From NCBI GenBank assembly GCA_963815195.1, contig CAWFGE010000019.1, forward strand, positions 96,001-160,000: a stretch of DNA of 64,000 bases. Direction: 5' to 3'. This document shows positions 47,004 through 56,913 of the stretch, piece after piece. How positions within the stretch are numbered: the first letter of the stretch is position 1; each line of letters begins with the position of its first letter. The translations under genes and the position numbers were made by a program. This DNA is from an uncultured Planctomycetaceae bacterium. Its GTDB lineage: Bacteria > Planctomycetota > Planctomycetia > Planctomycetales > Planctomycetaceae. The notes below the pieces were generated by a model that was given only the letters and a program-made list of their open reading frames with translations, did not search any database and was not told the DNA's origin.

Positions 47004-47080
47004 GCCGGCGGCTAGCGCCGTGCCGCTCACGTTTACATAGAAAGCCGGCGGCTAGCGCCGTGCCGCTCACGTTTACATAG
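47004..47080. repeat. Tandem REP-like repeat (2 x 37 bp, period 40)
   Basis: gccggcggctagcgccgtgccgctcacgtttacatag occurs twice; the same family forms an inverted pair at 48464-48545. Confidence 0.8.
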
Positions 47081-47136
47081 CAAGACATTCTAAAACTCTT
47101 CGCGAATTCAAGCGTTTTTCCAACAGAGGAAGACCA

Positions 47137-47502
47137 ATGGCCGGCGGTCATCATACAAATTATTTCTTGATTTTCATCGCCCTGTGCATTTGCACGGCGC
47201 TCTCGGTGGTGGCGGACGTTGTGCATCTCGACAACCGCATCGTGCTCGCGACGATCGTGCTCGCGATCGCCACGGCGAAGGCACTGTTCGTGATGACGTA
47301 TTTCATGCACCTCAAATTCGAGGGGGCCTGGAAGTTCGTCCTGCTCGCGCCCACGATGATCCTGGCGCTGGGCCTGCCGCTCGCGCTGCTCCCGGACATT
47401 GGCGTGCATTACTACCAGACCGATGTCCCCCAAAACCAAGCCCGCGAGACGGCGGCCCAGGAAGACACCTCCCCCAATATCAGTATCGACCTGGCGCAAT
47501 GA
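47137..47502 (+). CDS. coxD: Cytochrome c oxidase subunit IV family protein
   Basis: YFLIFIAL..ATAKALFVMTYFMHLKFE. Confidence 0.88.
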   Translation: MAGGHHTNYFLIFIALCICTALSVVADVVHLDNRIVLATIVLAIATAKALFVMTYFMHLKFEGAWKFVLLAPTMILALGLPLALLPDIGVHYYQTDVPQNQARETAAQEDTSPNISIDLAQ

Positions 47503-48443
47503 GCGAGAACGGCGCGGCCATCAGAGTCCAAGGGTTATCCCACCGCTACGGCGAGCACCTGGCTTTGGACGGCCTGTCGTTCGAGGTGCCCGCCGAGAGC
47601 ATTTTCGGACTGCTCGGTCCCAATGGCGGCGGAAAGACGACGCTGTTTCGCATCTTGAGCACGCTGCTCCCCGTGCAAGCGGGCCGCGTTGAGGTCTGCG
47701 GGTTCGATGTCGCGAACCAGCCGCAGGAAGTCCGGCATCAGATCGGCGTGACGTTCCAATCGCCCAGCCTCGACACGCGCCTCACCGTGCAGGAAAACCT
47801 CCGGCATCATGGGCATCTCTACGGCATCGCCGGGGCGGCGCTTCGCGGGCGGATCGCGGAACTGCTCGAGCATCTGAACCTCGCCGACCGCGCGAACGAC
47901 CTGGTGATGGCGCTCTCCGGAGGCCTCAAACGCCGGGTGGAAATCGCCAAGGGCTTATTACATCGCCCGCGGATGCTTTTATTGGATGAGCCGAGCACGG
48001 GGCTCGATCCCGGGGCGCGGATCGATCTCTGGGAATACCTGACCCGGCTGAAATCGCAGACGGGGATGACGATTCTCGTGACGACCCATTTGATGGACGA
48101 AGCCGAGCGCTGCGATCGGCTGGGCATTTTGGATCGGGGGCAGCTGGTGGCCCTCGATTCCCCGGAACAGCTCCGGGCGTCCGTCGGCGGCGATTGTTTG
48201 ACGATTCGCACCGAAGGTTCGCTTTCGGAACTGGCCGGGAAGATTCAATCGCGGTTTGGGATCGAACCCCAACAGATCGGCGATTCGCTGCGGATCGAAA
48301 AAGAGCGCGGCCACGACCTCCTGCGGGACCTGGTGGAAGCCTTCCCCGCGGAGATCGCCGGCATCACCCTGGGAAAACCCACTTTGGAAGATGTCTTCAT
48401 CAAACGCACCGGCCACCGCTTCTGGGACGCCGAGGCCGCGTAG
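47499..48443 (+). CDS. ABC transporter ATP-binding protein
   Basis: GPNGGGKTT, LSGG, LLLDEP, TTH; ATG at 47499 overlaps the coxD stop. Confidence 0.93.
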   Translation: MSENGAAIRVQGLSHRYGEHLALDGLSFEVPAESIFGLLGPNGGGKTTLFRILSTLLPVQAGRVEVCGFDVANQPQEVRHQIGVTFQSPSLDTRLTVQENLRHHGHLYGIAGAALRGRIAELLEHLNLADRANDLVMALSGGLKRRVEIAKGLLHRPRMLLLDEPSTGLDPGARIDLWEYLTRLKSQTGMTILVTTHLMDEAERCDRLGILDRGQLVALDSPEQLRASVGGDCLTIRTEGSLSELAGKIQSRFGIEPQQIGDSLRIEKERGHDLLRDLVEAFPAEIAGITLGKPTLEDVFIKRTGHRFWDAEAA

Positions 48444-48463
48444 CATAGAAGGTGTTTTAAAAT

Positions 48464-48545
48464 GTGAGCGGTAGGCGCTAGCCTCCGGTTTCGGTGAAAG
48501 GATAACCCCAAATTCAAGACCGGCGGCTAGCGCCGTGCCGCTCAT
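48464..48545. repeat. Inverted REP-like pair
   Basis: gtgagcggtaggcgctagcctccggt ... accggcggctagcgccgtgccgctca. Confidence 0.7.
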
Positions 48546-48649
48546 GTTTGTGGGGGAAGGTCGCGTGATACTGGGTTTTGACGCAAACGTCGTGAAGAGA
48601 AGACGCAGAGGCCGCAACGTTTTCTCTCGAACTGAGAAGAACTTGGATT

Positions 48650-49536
48650 ATGACAGACACATTGGCTGCGACTGAGACGAAAGTTTCCGAGCGGGCGGGG
48701 CCGCGGAACTCGGCGTTCTGGCTGGTCGTGATGACCTTGACCTGGCGGGAACTGATCCGCTTCGTCCGGCAGCGGACCCGCGTCGTCGGGGCTCTGGGGC
48801 AGCCGTTGATTCTGTGGGTGCTGATCGGGGCCGGGTTTCAAGGCTCGTTCAAGGCCCCGGGTTATGTGCCGGACCAAGTGACGATGAGCTTTCAGGAATT
48901 TTTCTTTCCCGGGATTGCGGTGTTGATTTTGATGTTCACCGCGATCTTTTCCACGATCTCGATCATCGAAGACCGCCGGGAAGGCTTCCTGCAAGGGGTT
49001 TTGGTGGCTCCCATCTCCCGGCTGTCGCTCGTGATGGGCAAGCTCACCGGCGGGATGGTGCTCGCGGTCGTGCAGGCGGTCGTGTTTCTGGGCATCGGCC
49101 CCTTGCTGACAGCGGTGGGCCTCGCGCCTACAATACATGTGGAATGGACGGTGCTGACGCCCTGTCCGTGTTCGGGTTTTTGATCCTCCTCGGCTACACG
49201 CTGACGGGGCTGGGCTTTTTGATCGCCTGGCCTCTCGATTCGACGCAGGGGTTTCATGCGATCATGAGCGTGTTCCTCTTGCCGATGTGGCTGCTGTCGG
49301 GGGCGACGTTTCCCGGACAAGATTCGGGCTGGCTCAACATCATCATCAAGGCCAATCCGCTGACCTACGGCGTCGCAGGACTCCGGCGGCTGATGTATCC
49401 CCACGTGGAGTTTCTGCCGGGCCAGGGCCTGCCGCCGATGTGGTTATGCGTGTTGGTGACCTGCCTGTTCTGCGCAGCCTGCGTGATAGGCTCCGTCCTG
49501 TTGACCCGCCGCCGCTCCGCGGCGAATACGACATAG
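48650..49536 (+). CDS. ABC-2 type permease; frameshift at ~49160
   Basis: RELIRFVRQR, FFFPG, DRREGFLQGVLVAPISR; continues as LSGATFP and NPLTY in ORF 48814-49536. Confidence 0.88.
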
Positions 49537-49581
49537 AGGCGATTTCCCGCCGCGAACCCGACTGACAACGGACCACCCACG

Positions 49582-50859
49582 ATGAGCCAAGTCACCGAGC
49601 GAGATAGAACATCCTCATCCCCTCTCATTATCAGCTTCTGGACGTTCTCGTTTCTGATGCTGCTGATGGCCGGGGGTTTTGGGGTTTGGAAATATAACGC
49701 GACGCGGCGCGCCGCGGAGATGGCGGCCGAGCGTGCGGCGGCGGAGCGGGCGAAGCTCTTGGCGGTTCAGAAAGCCCAGGCCAACCCGTGGCCGAAATCC
49801 GGCGTGGAGAATTTTTCCTTGGTCGACCAGACCGGGGCGAAGGTTACGAAAGCCGACCTCTTGGGCAAGCCCTGGGCGGCGTGCTTTGTGTTCACGCGGT
49901 GCGCGGGGCAATGCCTGAACATCATGGCGGGCATGCAGGAGGTTTCGGACGAGTTGCAGGACGCCGACGTCCGGTTGGTGACGATCAGCGTCGATCCCGA
50001 TTACGACACGCCGGAGGTCCTGGCCCCTTACGCCCAGGGCTTCGGAGCCGACCCCGCGCGGTGGCTGTTTCTCACGGGGGACAAGAAGGACATTTACCAT
50101 CTCATCCAGAAGAGTTTCCTGTTGCCGGTGGAGGAATCGACCGGGCCGGACCGCAAACCAGGTTACGAGGTGGTCCACTCGCCGGACATTCTGCACGTCA
50201 ACGCCCAGGGGCAGGTCGTAGGGCGATACAACGGCCTCGAGGAACTCGACCGCAAAAGGCTCATCAAAGCCATGAAACAGGAGGCCGCGGAGATCCGAGC
50301 CCAAAACGGTTTCGAGCTCACCGAACGGAGCGGCCGGAAAGTCACGGATAACGATCTTCTGGGACAGCCGTGGGCGGCGTGTTTTATCTTTACGCGGTGC
50401 GCGGGCCAGTGTTTGCAAATCTCGAACAACATGTATCAGTTGCACCAGGAACTCAAAGACGCCCCGGTGCGGCTGGTGACGATCACGGTCGATCCCGATT
50501 TCGACACGCCGGAGGTGCTCAAGAATTACGCGGACAACTTCGGGGCCGACCCCGACCGCTGGCTGTTTCTGACGGGCGAGAAGGATTACGTTTATCCGCT
50601 GCTGCAGAAGCATTTCAAGCAGATCGTGCACGAGTTCACCGGGGAAGACCGCATCAAAGGGTATGAGGTGCTGCACTCGTCCGACGTGATCCATTTCGAC
50701 GCCCAGGGCCGGATGAAGAAGCGCTACAACGGCTTAAACGACGCCGAGATGGCCGAACTTCGCAAGGCACTCTTGGCGGAAGCAGCGGAACTCGAGGGCC
50801 AAAAAAGTCGACCGGCCGCGGCCGAGAAGCCGATGTCTGGTAGCGAGGAACACAACTAA
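49582..50859 (+). CDS. Tandem two-domain SCO copper chaperone
   Basis: Two copies of FTRCAGQC..I[S/T]VDP..DTPEVL..WLFLTG..HS after an N-terminal TM helix. Confidence 0.92.
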   Translation: MSQVTERDRTSSSPLIISFWTFSFLMLLMAGGFGVWKYNATRRAAEMAAERAAAERAKLLAVQKAQANPWPKSGVENFSLVDQTGAKVTKADLLGKPWAACFVFTRCAGQCLNIMAGMQEVSDELQDADVRLVTISVDPDYDTPEVLAPYAQGFGADPARWLFLTGDKKDIYHLIQKSFLLPVEESTGPDRKPGYEVVHSPDILHVNAQGQVVGRYNGLEELDRKRLIKAMKQEAAEIRAQNGFELTERSGRKVTDNDLLGQPWAACFIFTRCAGQCLQISNNMYQLHQELKDAPVRLVTITVDPDFDTPEVLKNYADNFGADPDRWLFLTGEKDYVYPLLQKHFKQIVHEFTGEDRIKGYEVLHSSDVIHFDAQGRMKKRYNGLNDAEMAELRKALLAEAAELEGQKSRPAAAEKPMSGSEEHN

Positions 50860-50861
50860 TC

Positions 50862-51287
50862 ATGCCGGTTTGGGTTTCCGCGCTTCCGACGGTCAACGCG
50901 AGTCTGAACGCCCTCGCGACGGTGTTGTTGATCACAGGATACGTCTTCATCCGCCGCAAACAGGTCGAAGCGCACAAGCGAACGATGCTCTCCGCGTTCG
51001 GCGTGTCGGTCGTGTTTTTGACGTGCTATTTGATCTATCACAGCTTCCATTTTTCCCAACCGTTCCAGGGAACGGGCTTCATTCGGCCCGTGTATTTCAG
51101 CATTTTGGTGAGCCATATCCTCCTCGCGGCCCTGGTGCCGTTTTTGGCGGCGGTGACGATTTACCGCGGACTCAAAGGCCACTGGGACAAACATCGCCGA
51201 ATCGCCCGGATCACCTACCCGATTTGGCTTTACGTATCCGTCACGGGAGTTATGATTTATTTCATGCTCTACCACTGGGCCGGCTGA
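50862..51287 (+). CDS. DUF420 family membrane protein
   Basis: LPTVNASLN, AHKRTM, HRRIAR..PIWLYVSVTG. Confidence 0.88.
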   Translation: MPVWVSALPTVNASLNALATVLLITGYVFIRRKQVEAHKRTMLSAFGVSVVFLTCYLIYHSFHFSQPFQGTGFIRPVYFSILVSHILLAALVPFLAAVTIYRGLKGHWDKHRRIARITYPIWLYVSVTGVMIYFMLYHWAG

Positions 51288-51565
51288 TGGCCCGAAAGGA
51301 TAAACCGATGCGCCGCCTGCTGTTCGCTGTGAGTCTCTCGCTGTTCGCCGTTCTCGGTCCCGCCTCGACCGCCAGTGCCTGCCCGCTCTGCGCCCAGGCG
51401 AACGAAACCGAGGAAAACCGACCCAAAGCCTACATGTACAGCATTTTGTTTATGATGTCGATGCCCGCGGTGATCTTCACGGGCTTCGGCATTGGCCTCT
51501 ATCGCCTGCACAAAAAACACGCTGGGGAGCCTGGCGATCCTTTGGATCCGCACTCGGCCGAGTGA
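51287..51565 (+). CDS. Small membrane protein with signal peptide followed by CxxC
   Basis: ..ASTASA|CPLC then one TM helix; start at 51287 or 51308; overlaps the DUF420 stop. Confidence 0.7.
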   Translation: MARKDKPMRRLLFAVSLSLFAVLGPASTASACPLCAQANETEENRPKAYMYSILFMMSMPAVIFTGFGIGLYRLHKKHAGEPGDPLDPHSAE

Positions 51566-51655
51566 GCTTCCCGGATTGCGGGAACTTTCCTCCGCGGCGA
51601 ACCGTCAGAAAAACAGGGCCTCGGGCGAGGAACTTTTTTCAAGCGGAGGAAGGCG

Positions 51656-52744
51656 ATGAGGATTTGGACACCGATCCCGCTCGCGGCGGGACTGTTGATC
51701 GCGGCAGGGGCGTTATTTGCCGCTCAGGCGGAAGACCAAGGCAACGGGAAAATAATCAAACCCGCTCCGCCCGTGCCGGCGCAGGCGGCGTTTGAGCTCA
51801 AGGTCGAAGCGAAGCCCCGCTTCCCCAACGCGAACCGCCCTGCCGCTTCGGAGCCGGCGGAAGTCAAATTGCTTTCGGTGACGATCCAGCCGGAAAAGAC
51901 AGAGTTCGCGGGCAACGGGCCGCTCTCGTTTCTGGTGACGCTCGAAAACAAATCGAAGTCGCCGCTGCTCGTTTATGGCTTGGAGCATTTGGGGGCCGCG
52001 CCGAAGCTGGTGGTCTCGAATCTGGACAACGCCAACCAGTGGTCGATCGCGGGCGATTTTACGAAGGCCAAAGACCAGGCCGCCGTTCCGTTGGGGGCGG
52101 GCGAGTCGAAGACCTACACGCTCGTCGTGGAGGCGAACATTGCGTTTCCGCGGCCGATCCCGCTGCCTCGCCCCTTGCCGATGCCGTTGCGTCCCGTGCC
52201 CGCTCCGGTTTTTCGAGCCGGCGAAGCGGAGAAGCAGCCCGCGAATCCCCAGCCGGTCCCGCCGGGGCGTCGGCGGCCGATTTTCGTGGGCCCTGCACTG
52301 CCCTGTGGTGCGGGGAAATGCCGGGCGAAGTTGTTTTTGGAGTTTCAAACCGATCCGCTCCGGCGGTACCGCGTTCCGCAATGGACGGGCAAAATCGCCA
52401 CCGGCACCGTGGACTTTGAAGTCGGGAAACCGCAACCCGGCGTGCAGCTGCCCGGCGTCGGCGGTCCGCTGACGAAACAGCAAGCCATCAGGCTCGCCCA
52501 AGCCGCCGCCGAGCGCGCGCTCCAATCCAATTACCAACCGGCGCCCGGCATCAAACCGGCCCATCAGGGAGTATGGATCAAAGACGCCGAAAAGACCGCC
52601 GCCATCGCCGAAAAGAAACCGGGGGGCTGGACGATTTCCTGGACCGCGTTTCCGAAGACGGGCTTTTCGTACAACGTGAAAGTGGACGTGAGCCCGAGCG
52701 GTGCCGCGACCATCCGCGAAGTCTTCACCGGCTACTCTAAGTGA
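51656..52744 (+). CDS. Secreted Pro-rich hypothetical protein
   Basis: ggaggaa RBS, signal peptide, beta-rich core, PRPIPLPRPLPMP. Confidence 0.75.
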   Translation: MRIWTPIPLAAGLLIAAGALFAAQAEDQGNGKIIKPAPPVPAQAAFELKVEAKPRFPNANRPAASEPAEVKLLSVTIQPEKTEFAGNGPLSFLVTLENKSKSPLLVYGLEHLGAAPKLVVSNLDNANQWSIAGDFTKAKDQAAVPLGAGESKTYTLVVEANIAFPRPIPLPRPLPMPLRPVPAPVFRAGEAEKQPANPQPVPPGRRRPIFVGPALPCGAGKCRAKLFLEFQTDPLRRYRVPQWTGKIATGTVDFEVGKPQPGVQLPGVGGPLTKQQAIRLAQAAAERALQSNYQPAPGIKPAHQGVWIKDAEKTAAIAEKKPGGWTISWTAFPKTGFSYNVKVDVSPSGAATIREVFTGYSK

Positions 52745-52766
52745 CGAAACCCGCGGACAGCTTCGC

Positions 52767-53600
52767 CTATTTCAATTCGAGGTTCACGCGGACGCCGAGC
52801 TTTTTCAGTTCCTCGATCTGTTTGGTCTTGGCTTCATCGCTCAATGGGTTGCCGGCCAGATACAGGTTCCAGTACGGAGCGAAATTCTTCGGTCCGGACG
52901 CGTCTTTCTTGGCCATCTCCACGAGCGGCTTGAGATCGCTGATCTTATTGTTTTGGAGTTGGGTGTACCGCAGATCGGTCATCTCCGACAGCGGGCCGGC
53001 GTCGGTGAGTTCGTTGTCGCGGACATTGAGCGACATCAATCGCGTGATCCCCTTGATCGGCGAGAGGTCCTTGATCTTGTTATAGGACACATCCAGCGAA
53101 GAGAGTTTCACCAGTTCGGACGCCGGGGCCAGCGATTCGATCTCGTTGTGCGCCAAATAAACCGAGGCCAGCCTGGTGAGTTTCTTCAACGGATCGAGAC
53201 TCTTGATCTGGTTGTGCTCGGCTTCGATGTGCTGGAGTTTCTCCCAGCCGGCGATCGGCGTGAGATCGCTGATCTTGTTGTTCGACAGATACAGGCTCTG
53301 GCAGTTCTTGAGATCCGCGAGCGGCTTGAGATCCGAAATCTCATTCCCGGAAAGCTTGAGTTCCGCGAGATTAAAACACTTCTCCAAGCCGGTGAGATCT
53401 TTAATGCCGGCTTTGCCCGCGTGCAGGATGAACACGTTTTTGAGATCGTCTTCCTTGAGTTCCTCCTTGTCGCCTTTCTTGAGCGTCTTTTTGATGGCGG
53501 CTTCGAGGTTCTTGTCAGGAAACAAATCCGCCGCCTGAACGCGCGCGGTCAGAAAACCAAACGTGACGAGAATCAAACTCGCTTTCATCAATCGCGGCAT
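52767..53600 (-). CDS. Secreted leucine-rich repeat protein (internalin-like)
   Basis: FPDKNLEAAI cap; repeated LxLxxNxIxDLxPL. Confidence 0.92.
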   Translation of the reverse strand: MPRLMKASLILVTFGFLTARVQAADLFPDKNLEAAIKKTLKKGDKEELKEDDLKNVFILHAGKAGIKDLTGLEKCFNLAELKLSGNEISDLKPLADLKNCQSLYLSNNKISDLTPIAGWEKLQHIEAEHNQIKSLDPLKKLTRLASVYLAHNEIESLAPASELVKLSSLDVSYNKIKDLSPIKGITRLMSLNVRDNELTDAGPLSEMTDLRYTQLQNNKISDLKPLVEMAKKDASGPKNFAPYWNLYLAGNPLSDEAKTKQIEELKKLGVRVNLELK

Positions 53601-53638
53601 CGTGTCAATCCTCGGTGTTACAGAATTGGGATTCAAAA

Positions 53639-56434
53639 TCATTTCGCATTGTTGGGGAGGTCGATCAAATAGGCCCGGCCGTCGTTGGCGGCGACGGCGA
53701 GCTGGTCGCCTTCGGGGTTATAGGTCGCGGAGTAGAGCACGATCGGCAGATCGCTCGAGTACAGCGGTTTTTCCTGGCCGGGCTTCCAGACATTCAATGT
53801 GCCCGCATACCCCGCCGAGAGCAAGTGATCGCCCTTCGGGCTAAACTGCACGCGGTAGATATCATCTTTGTGGCCGCTGAAAACGCTAATCGGCGCGGGG
53901 TTGTTCACATCCCAGAGGAACACCTTGCGGTCATCGCCCAGGCCCACGCCCGCGGCGGCGAGGCGTTTGCCGTCGGGGCTGAAGGCCACGCTGTAAACGG
54001 CGTATTCCGGACCTTCGAAGCTGCGGACCTCGGCCCCGGTTTCGACGTTGATCAGCCGGACGGTCTTGTCGCCTCCGCCGGTCGCCAGAAGTTTGCCGTC
54101 GGGACTGAAAGCCACGCTATACACCTCGCCGCCTTGGGTGGAGAGGGTTTTGATCTGCTTGGGCTGTTCCATGTCCCACAGCCGGACGGTCTTGTCCGCC
54201 GATGCCGAGGCCAAGAGCTTTCCATCGGGGCTGAAAGCCAGGCCGTAAATCTGCGAGCCATGCCCGGTCAACGTCGCCGTCGCCCCGGCGGCGGCGATGG
54301 CCCAGGTCTTCAGCGTGCCATCGGCGGAGGCGCTGAGCGCGGTGCGGTTGTCCGGCAGGAAGACCAGGGACGAGACGGGTTTCGTGTGTGCGGTCAGGCT
54401 TTGGGCGACGTTCCGCGACGGCGGCTCGGCCGGCTGCGGGTTGGGTGGTTCCGGATCGTAATTGCGGATGATATTGTCCGCACCCGCGGCGATCAGTTTT
54501 TTGCTGTCGGGGCTAAAAGCGATTTCCGTCACCGCCGCGGGCGTGGGGATCTTATATTGCATCTGGGCGTTGTTGACGTTCCAGATGATCAAAGTCTTGT
54601 CTTCGCCGCCGGCCGCGATTTGCTGGTTGTTTGGACTGAAGGCGACGCTCAACACGGCTCCCTGATGGCCGGGGAACTCGCGGAAGGGCGAAAAGTTCCC
54701 GGCGTTCCACATCTTCACACTGCCTTCCGGCCCGGTCGTCGCGCAGTAATCGCTGGCGGAGCGAATCGCCAGATCGACGATGCCTTTTTCCTCGGCGAGC
54801 TGCACGGCTTGCACCGCCAGGGTTTCGGCGAAGAGGTCTTTGTTTTTGCCGCCGGTGACGACGGTGCGGTTGTCGGTGGACATCGCCGCGACCACCCGGC
54901 CTTCCGAACGGACAAATGCTTGCTGCTCGTCGCCTTTATTGACATCCCACAGGCGGGCCGTGCCGTCGCCCGCGGACGAAAGCAGCCGCTGGTTGTCGCG
55001 GGTGAACTCGACCGACACCGGCTTCTCGGAATGCCCTTCGAACGTATTGAGCAGTTTGCCGTCGCCGAGGTTGTAGGTGCGGATTTTCTTGTCGTCCCCG
55101 CCCGCGGCGATCCAGGCGGAGTTGAAGGACACCGCCACAGAGGACACCGGCGTGCCCACGTCAATCTTTCGGACTTCCTTCCCGTCGCCGGCGTTCCACA
55201 CGCGGACGGTCTTGTCCGCCCCGGCCGTGATGATGTTCGCGCTGTTGGGCGAATAGCACACGCCGGTGACCGCTCCCTGATGGCCTTTCAGCTCGCGAAT
55301 CTCCGTGCCGTCGGCGATCTTGTAGATTTTGACGATGCCCGAGGCATCGGCGGCGGCGAGTTCCTGCTGATTGGGATGCACCGCGACCGCGGTAATCGCC
55401 CCGGCTTGCGCGGGGAAGGCTTTGACGAGCTGGCCGTTGTTGATGTCGAACAGCCGGGCGATTTTGTCGTCGCATCCCGTCGCCAGGTGCACGCTGTTGT
55501 TGCTGAAGGCGAGGGCCGTCACCACGCCGCCGTGGCCTTCCAGCATTTGGAGTTGCTTCTGGTTGCCGAAGTCCCAAATCCGCACGGTCTTGTCGTCGGA
55601 CGAAGACGCCACGCGCGCGTTGTTCGGACTGACGGCGATCTGCTGGATCGCCTCTTGATGCCCGGCGAAGGTTTTGACGTCTTGAAACTGATTGGGCCAG
55701 CGTTTGAGGAGCCCATCCCGCCCGGCCGAGAGGAAAAACGAATTGTTCGGTGCCCAAGCGAGGCCGCTGATTGGGCCGGTGTGCGCGCCCAGGACCGCGA
55801 GTTCCTTGCCGTCGGCCGCTTGGAACACCCGCACCACGCCGGTGTCGTCCGCGGAGACGATTTGCTGGTCGTCCTTGCGGAAGGACACGTGCGTGACCGG
55901 GGCTTCGTGGCCTTTGAACTCGCGAATGAGCTTTCCCTCCTCGGCGTTCCAGAGCTTGACGAGTTTGTCCTTCCCGCCGGTGACGTATTGCTTGCCATCT
56001 TTGTTCGCGTCCACGCAGGTCACGCCGCCGGCATGCGCGTCCAATGACGCGGTGGGATCGGTGACCGGCACGTCCCACAAGCGGATCGTGCGGTCGGAAC
56101 TTCCGGAGGCGATCCGCGACCCGTCGGGCGAGATTGCGAGCGAAAGCACGATTTCCGTGTGCCCGTCCATCGTCCGCACGGCTTTGTGAGTTTTGGGGTT
56201 CCAGAGCTTGAGGGTCTTGTCGAAACTGGCCGTCACCAGCCACCGGCCGTTGGGCGTAAACGCCGCCTGATACACGGGATCGGTGTGCCCGGTGAGGACG
56301 TTCGGCTCCTGCCCCATCGCCCCGGAAATTGCTGCCGCCGCCAATACCACCGCTCCGGAATACAGGATGCGACGAGAATGGGAAAATCGCCGGGACCGGC
56401 TCGGGCGTGGGGATGAATGATGTGCGGGCTTCAT
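53639..56434 (-). CDS. Secreted WD40-repeat protein (about 20 repeats)
   Basis: Repeated GH..V.SVAFSPDG..S.D.TVRLWD; hydrophobic N-terminal segment. Confidence 0.93.
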   Translation of the reverse strand: MKPAHHSSPRPSRSRRFSHSRRILYSGAVVLAAAAISGAMGQEPNVLTGHTDPVYQAAFTPNGRWLVTASFDKTLKLWNPKTHKAVRTMDGHTEIVLSLAISPDGSRIASGSSDRTIRLWDVPVTDPTASLDAHAGGVTCVDANKDGKQYVTGGKDKLVKLWNAEEGKLIREFKGHEAPVTHVSFRKDDQQIVSADDTGVVRVFQAADGKELAVLGAHTGPISGLAWAPNNSFFLSAGRDGLLKRWPNQFQDVKTFAGHQEAIQQIAVSPNNARVASSSDDKTVRIWDFGNQKQLQMLEGHGGVVTALAFSNNSVHLATGCDDKIARLFDINNGQLVKAFPAQAGAITAVAVHPNQQELAAADASGIVKIYKIADGTEIRELKGHQGAVTGVCYSPNSANIITAGADKTVRVWNAGDGKEVRKIDVGTPVSSVAVSFNSAWIAAGGDDKKIRTYNLGDGKLLNTFEGHSEKPVSVEFTRDNQRLLSSAGDGTARLWDVNKGDEQQAFVRSEGRVVAAMSTDNRTVVTGGKNKDLFAETLAVQAVQLAEEKGIVDLAIRSASDYCATTGPEGSVKMWNAGNFSPFREFPGHQGAVLSVAFSPNNQQIAAGGEDKTLIIWNVNNAQMQYKIPTPAAVTEIAFSPDSKKLIAAGADNIIRNYDPEPPNPQPAEPPSRNVAQSLTAHTKPVSSLVFLPDNRTALSASADGTLKTWAIAAAGATATLTGHGSQIYGLAFSPDGKLLASASADKTVRLWDMEQPKQIKTLSTQGGEVYSVAFSPDGKLLATGGGDKTVRLINVETGAEVRSFEGPEYAVYSVAFSPDGKRLAAAGVGLGDDRKVFLWDVNNPAPISVFSGHKDDIYRVQFSPKGDHLLSAGYAGTLNVWKPGQEKPLYSSDLPIVLYSATYNPEGDQLAVAANDGRAYLIDLPNNAK

Positions 56435-56536
56435 ATGGCAGTCTCCCTCAGTTCGCGGAATTGCCCAATGTGTTCTTTTTCGCATCCTGTCATACAAGCC
56501 GGCCCGCGTCAACGTAACAGCAAACCGGCGGCGTTG

Positions 56537-56565
56537 TTGAACGCCTCTTCGGATTCCCCTATAAT
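56537..56565 (+). promoter_or_regulatory. Near-consensus sigma70 promoter
   Basis: TTGAAC-17 bp-TATAAT, 50 bp upstream of the ATG at 56616. Confidence 0.75.
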
Positions 56566-56615
56566 GAATCCCTCAACAATCAAAACACTTTTTATCGCAA
56601 AGGACTTTTGACCGC

Positions 56616-56705
56616 ATGGGAACGAAGAAATCGGGAAAAGGGCGGCGCAAACTGGGGCGAAAAAAACGGCGAAACCGCAGCAAGATTCGCCACCGCAAAG
56701 GCTAA
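56616..56705 (+). CDS. 29-aa Lys/Arg-rich peptide, candidate small ribosomal protein
   Basis: MGTKKSGKGRRKLGRKKRRNRSKIRHRKG*; own promoter, aagga upstream, hairpin downstream; too short for the ORF track. Confidence 0.7.
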   Translation: MGTKKSGKGRRKLGRKKRRNRSKIRHRKG

Positions 56706-56710
56706 AAGTC

Positions 56711-56740
56711 GCCCTTCGCTCCGCGAAGGCCGCGTCTTTT
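56711..56740 (+). terminator. Possible intrinsic terminator
   Basis: ccttcgc-tcc-gcgaagg hairpin followed after a few bases by tctttt. Confidence 0.4.
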
Positions 56741-56747
56741 CACCACT

Positions 56748-56913
56748 CTGACACCCTTCGATATTTTCGACGACACCAATGCGAACGTCGCCCCGGCAAG
56801 CGTGGTGCCCGAGCCTGCGGGCATGGCCCTTGTGGGGGTGGGACTCGCGCTGCTACTGTTGGGGGGGAACTTTCTTGCGGAAGCGTCACCCTCTCGTCAA
56901 GGCGGAAAGCTAG
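56748..56913 (+). pseudogene. Orphan PEP-CTERM C-terminal fragment
   Basis: ..NVAPASVVPEPAGMALVGVGLALLLLGG; removing one G from the 7-G run gives TFLRKRHPLVKAES*. No upstream gene body. Confidence 0.5.

Noticed and set aside
47004..47080. 37-bp direct repeat as a mini CRISPR array
   Set aside because: Only two copies with a 3-bp gap, no spacers, no cas genes; the same unit recurs as an inverted REP pair at 48464-48545.
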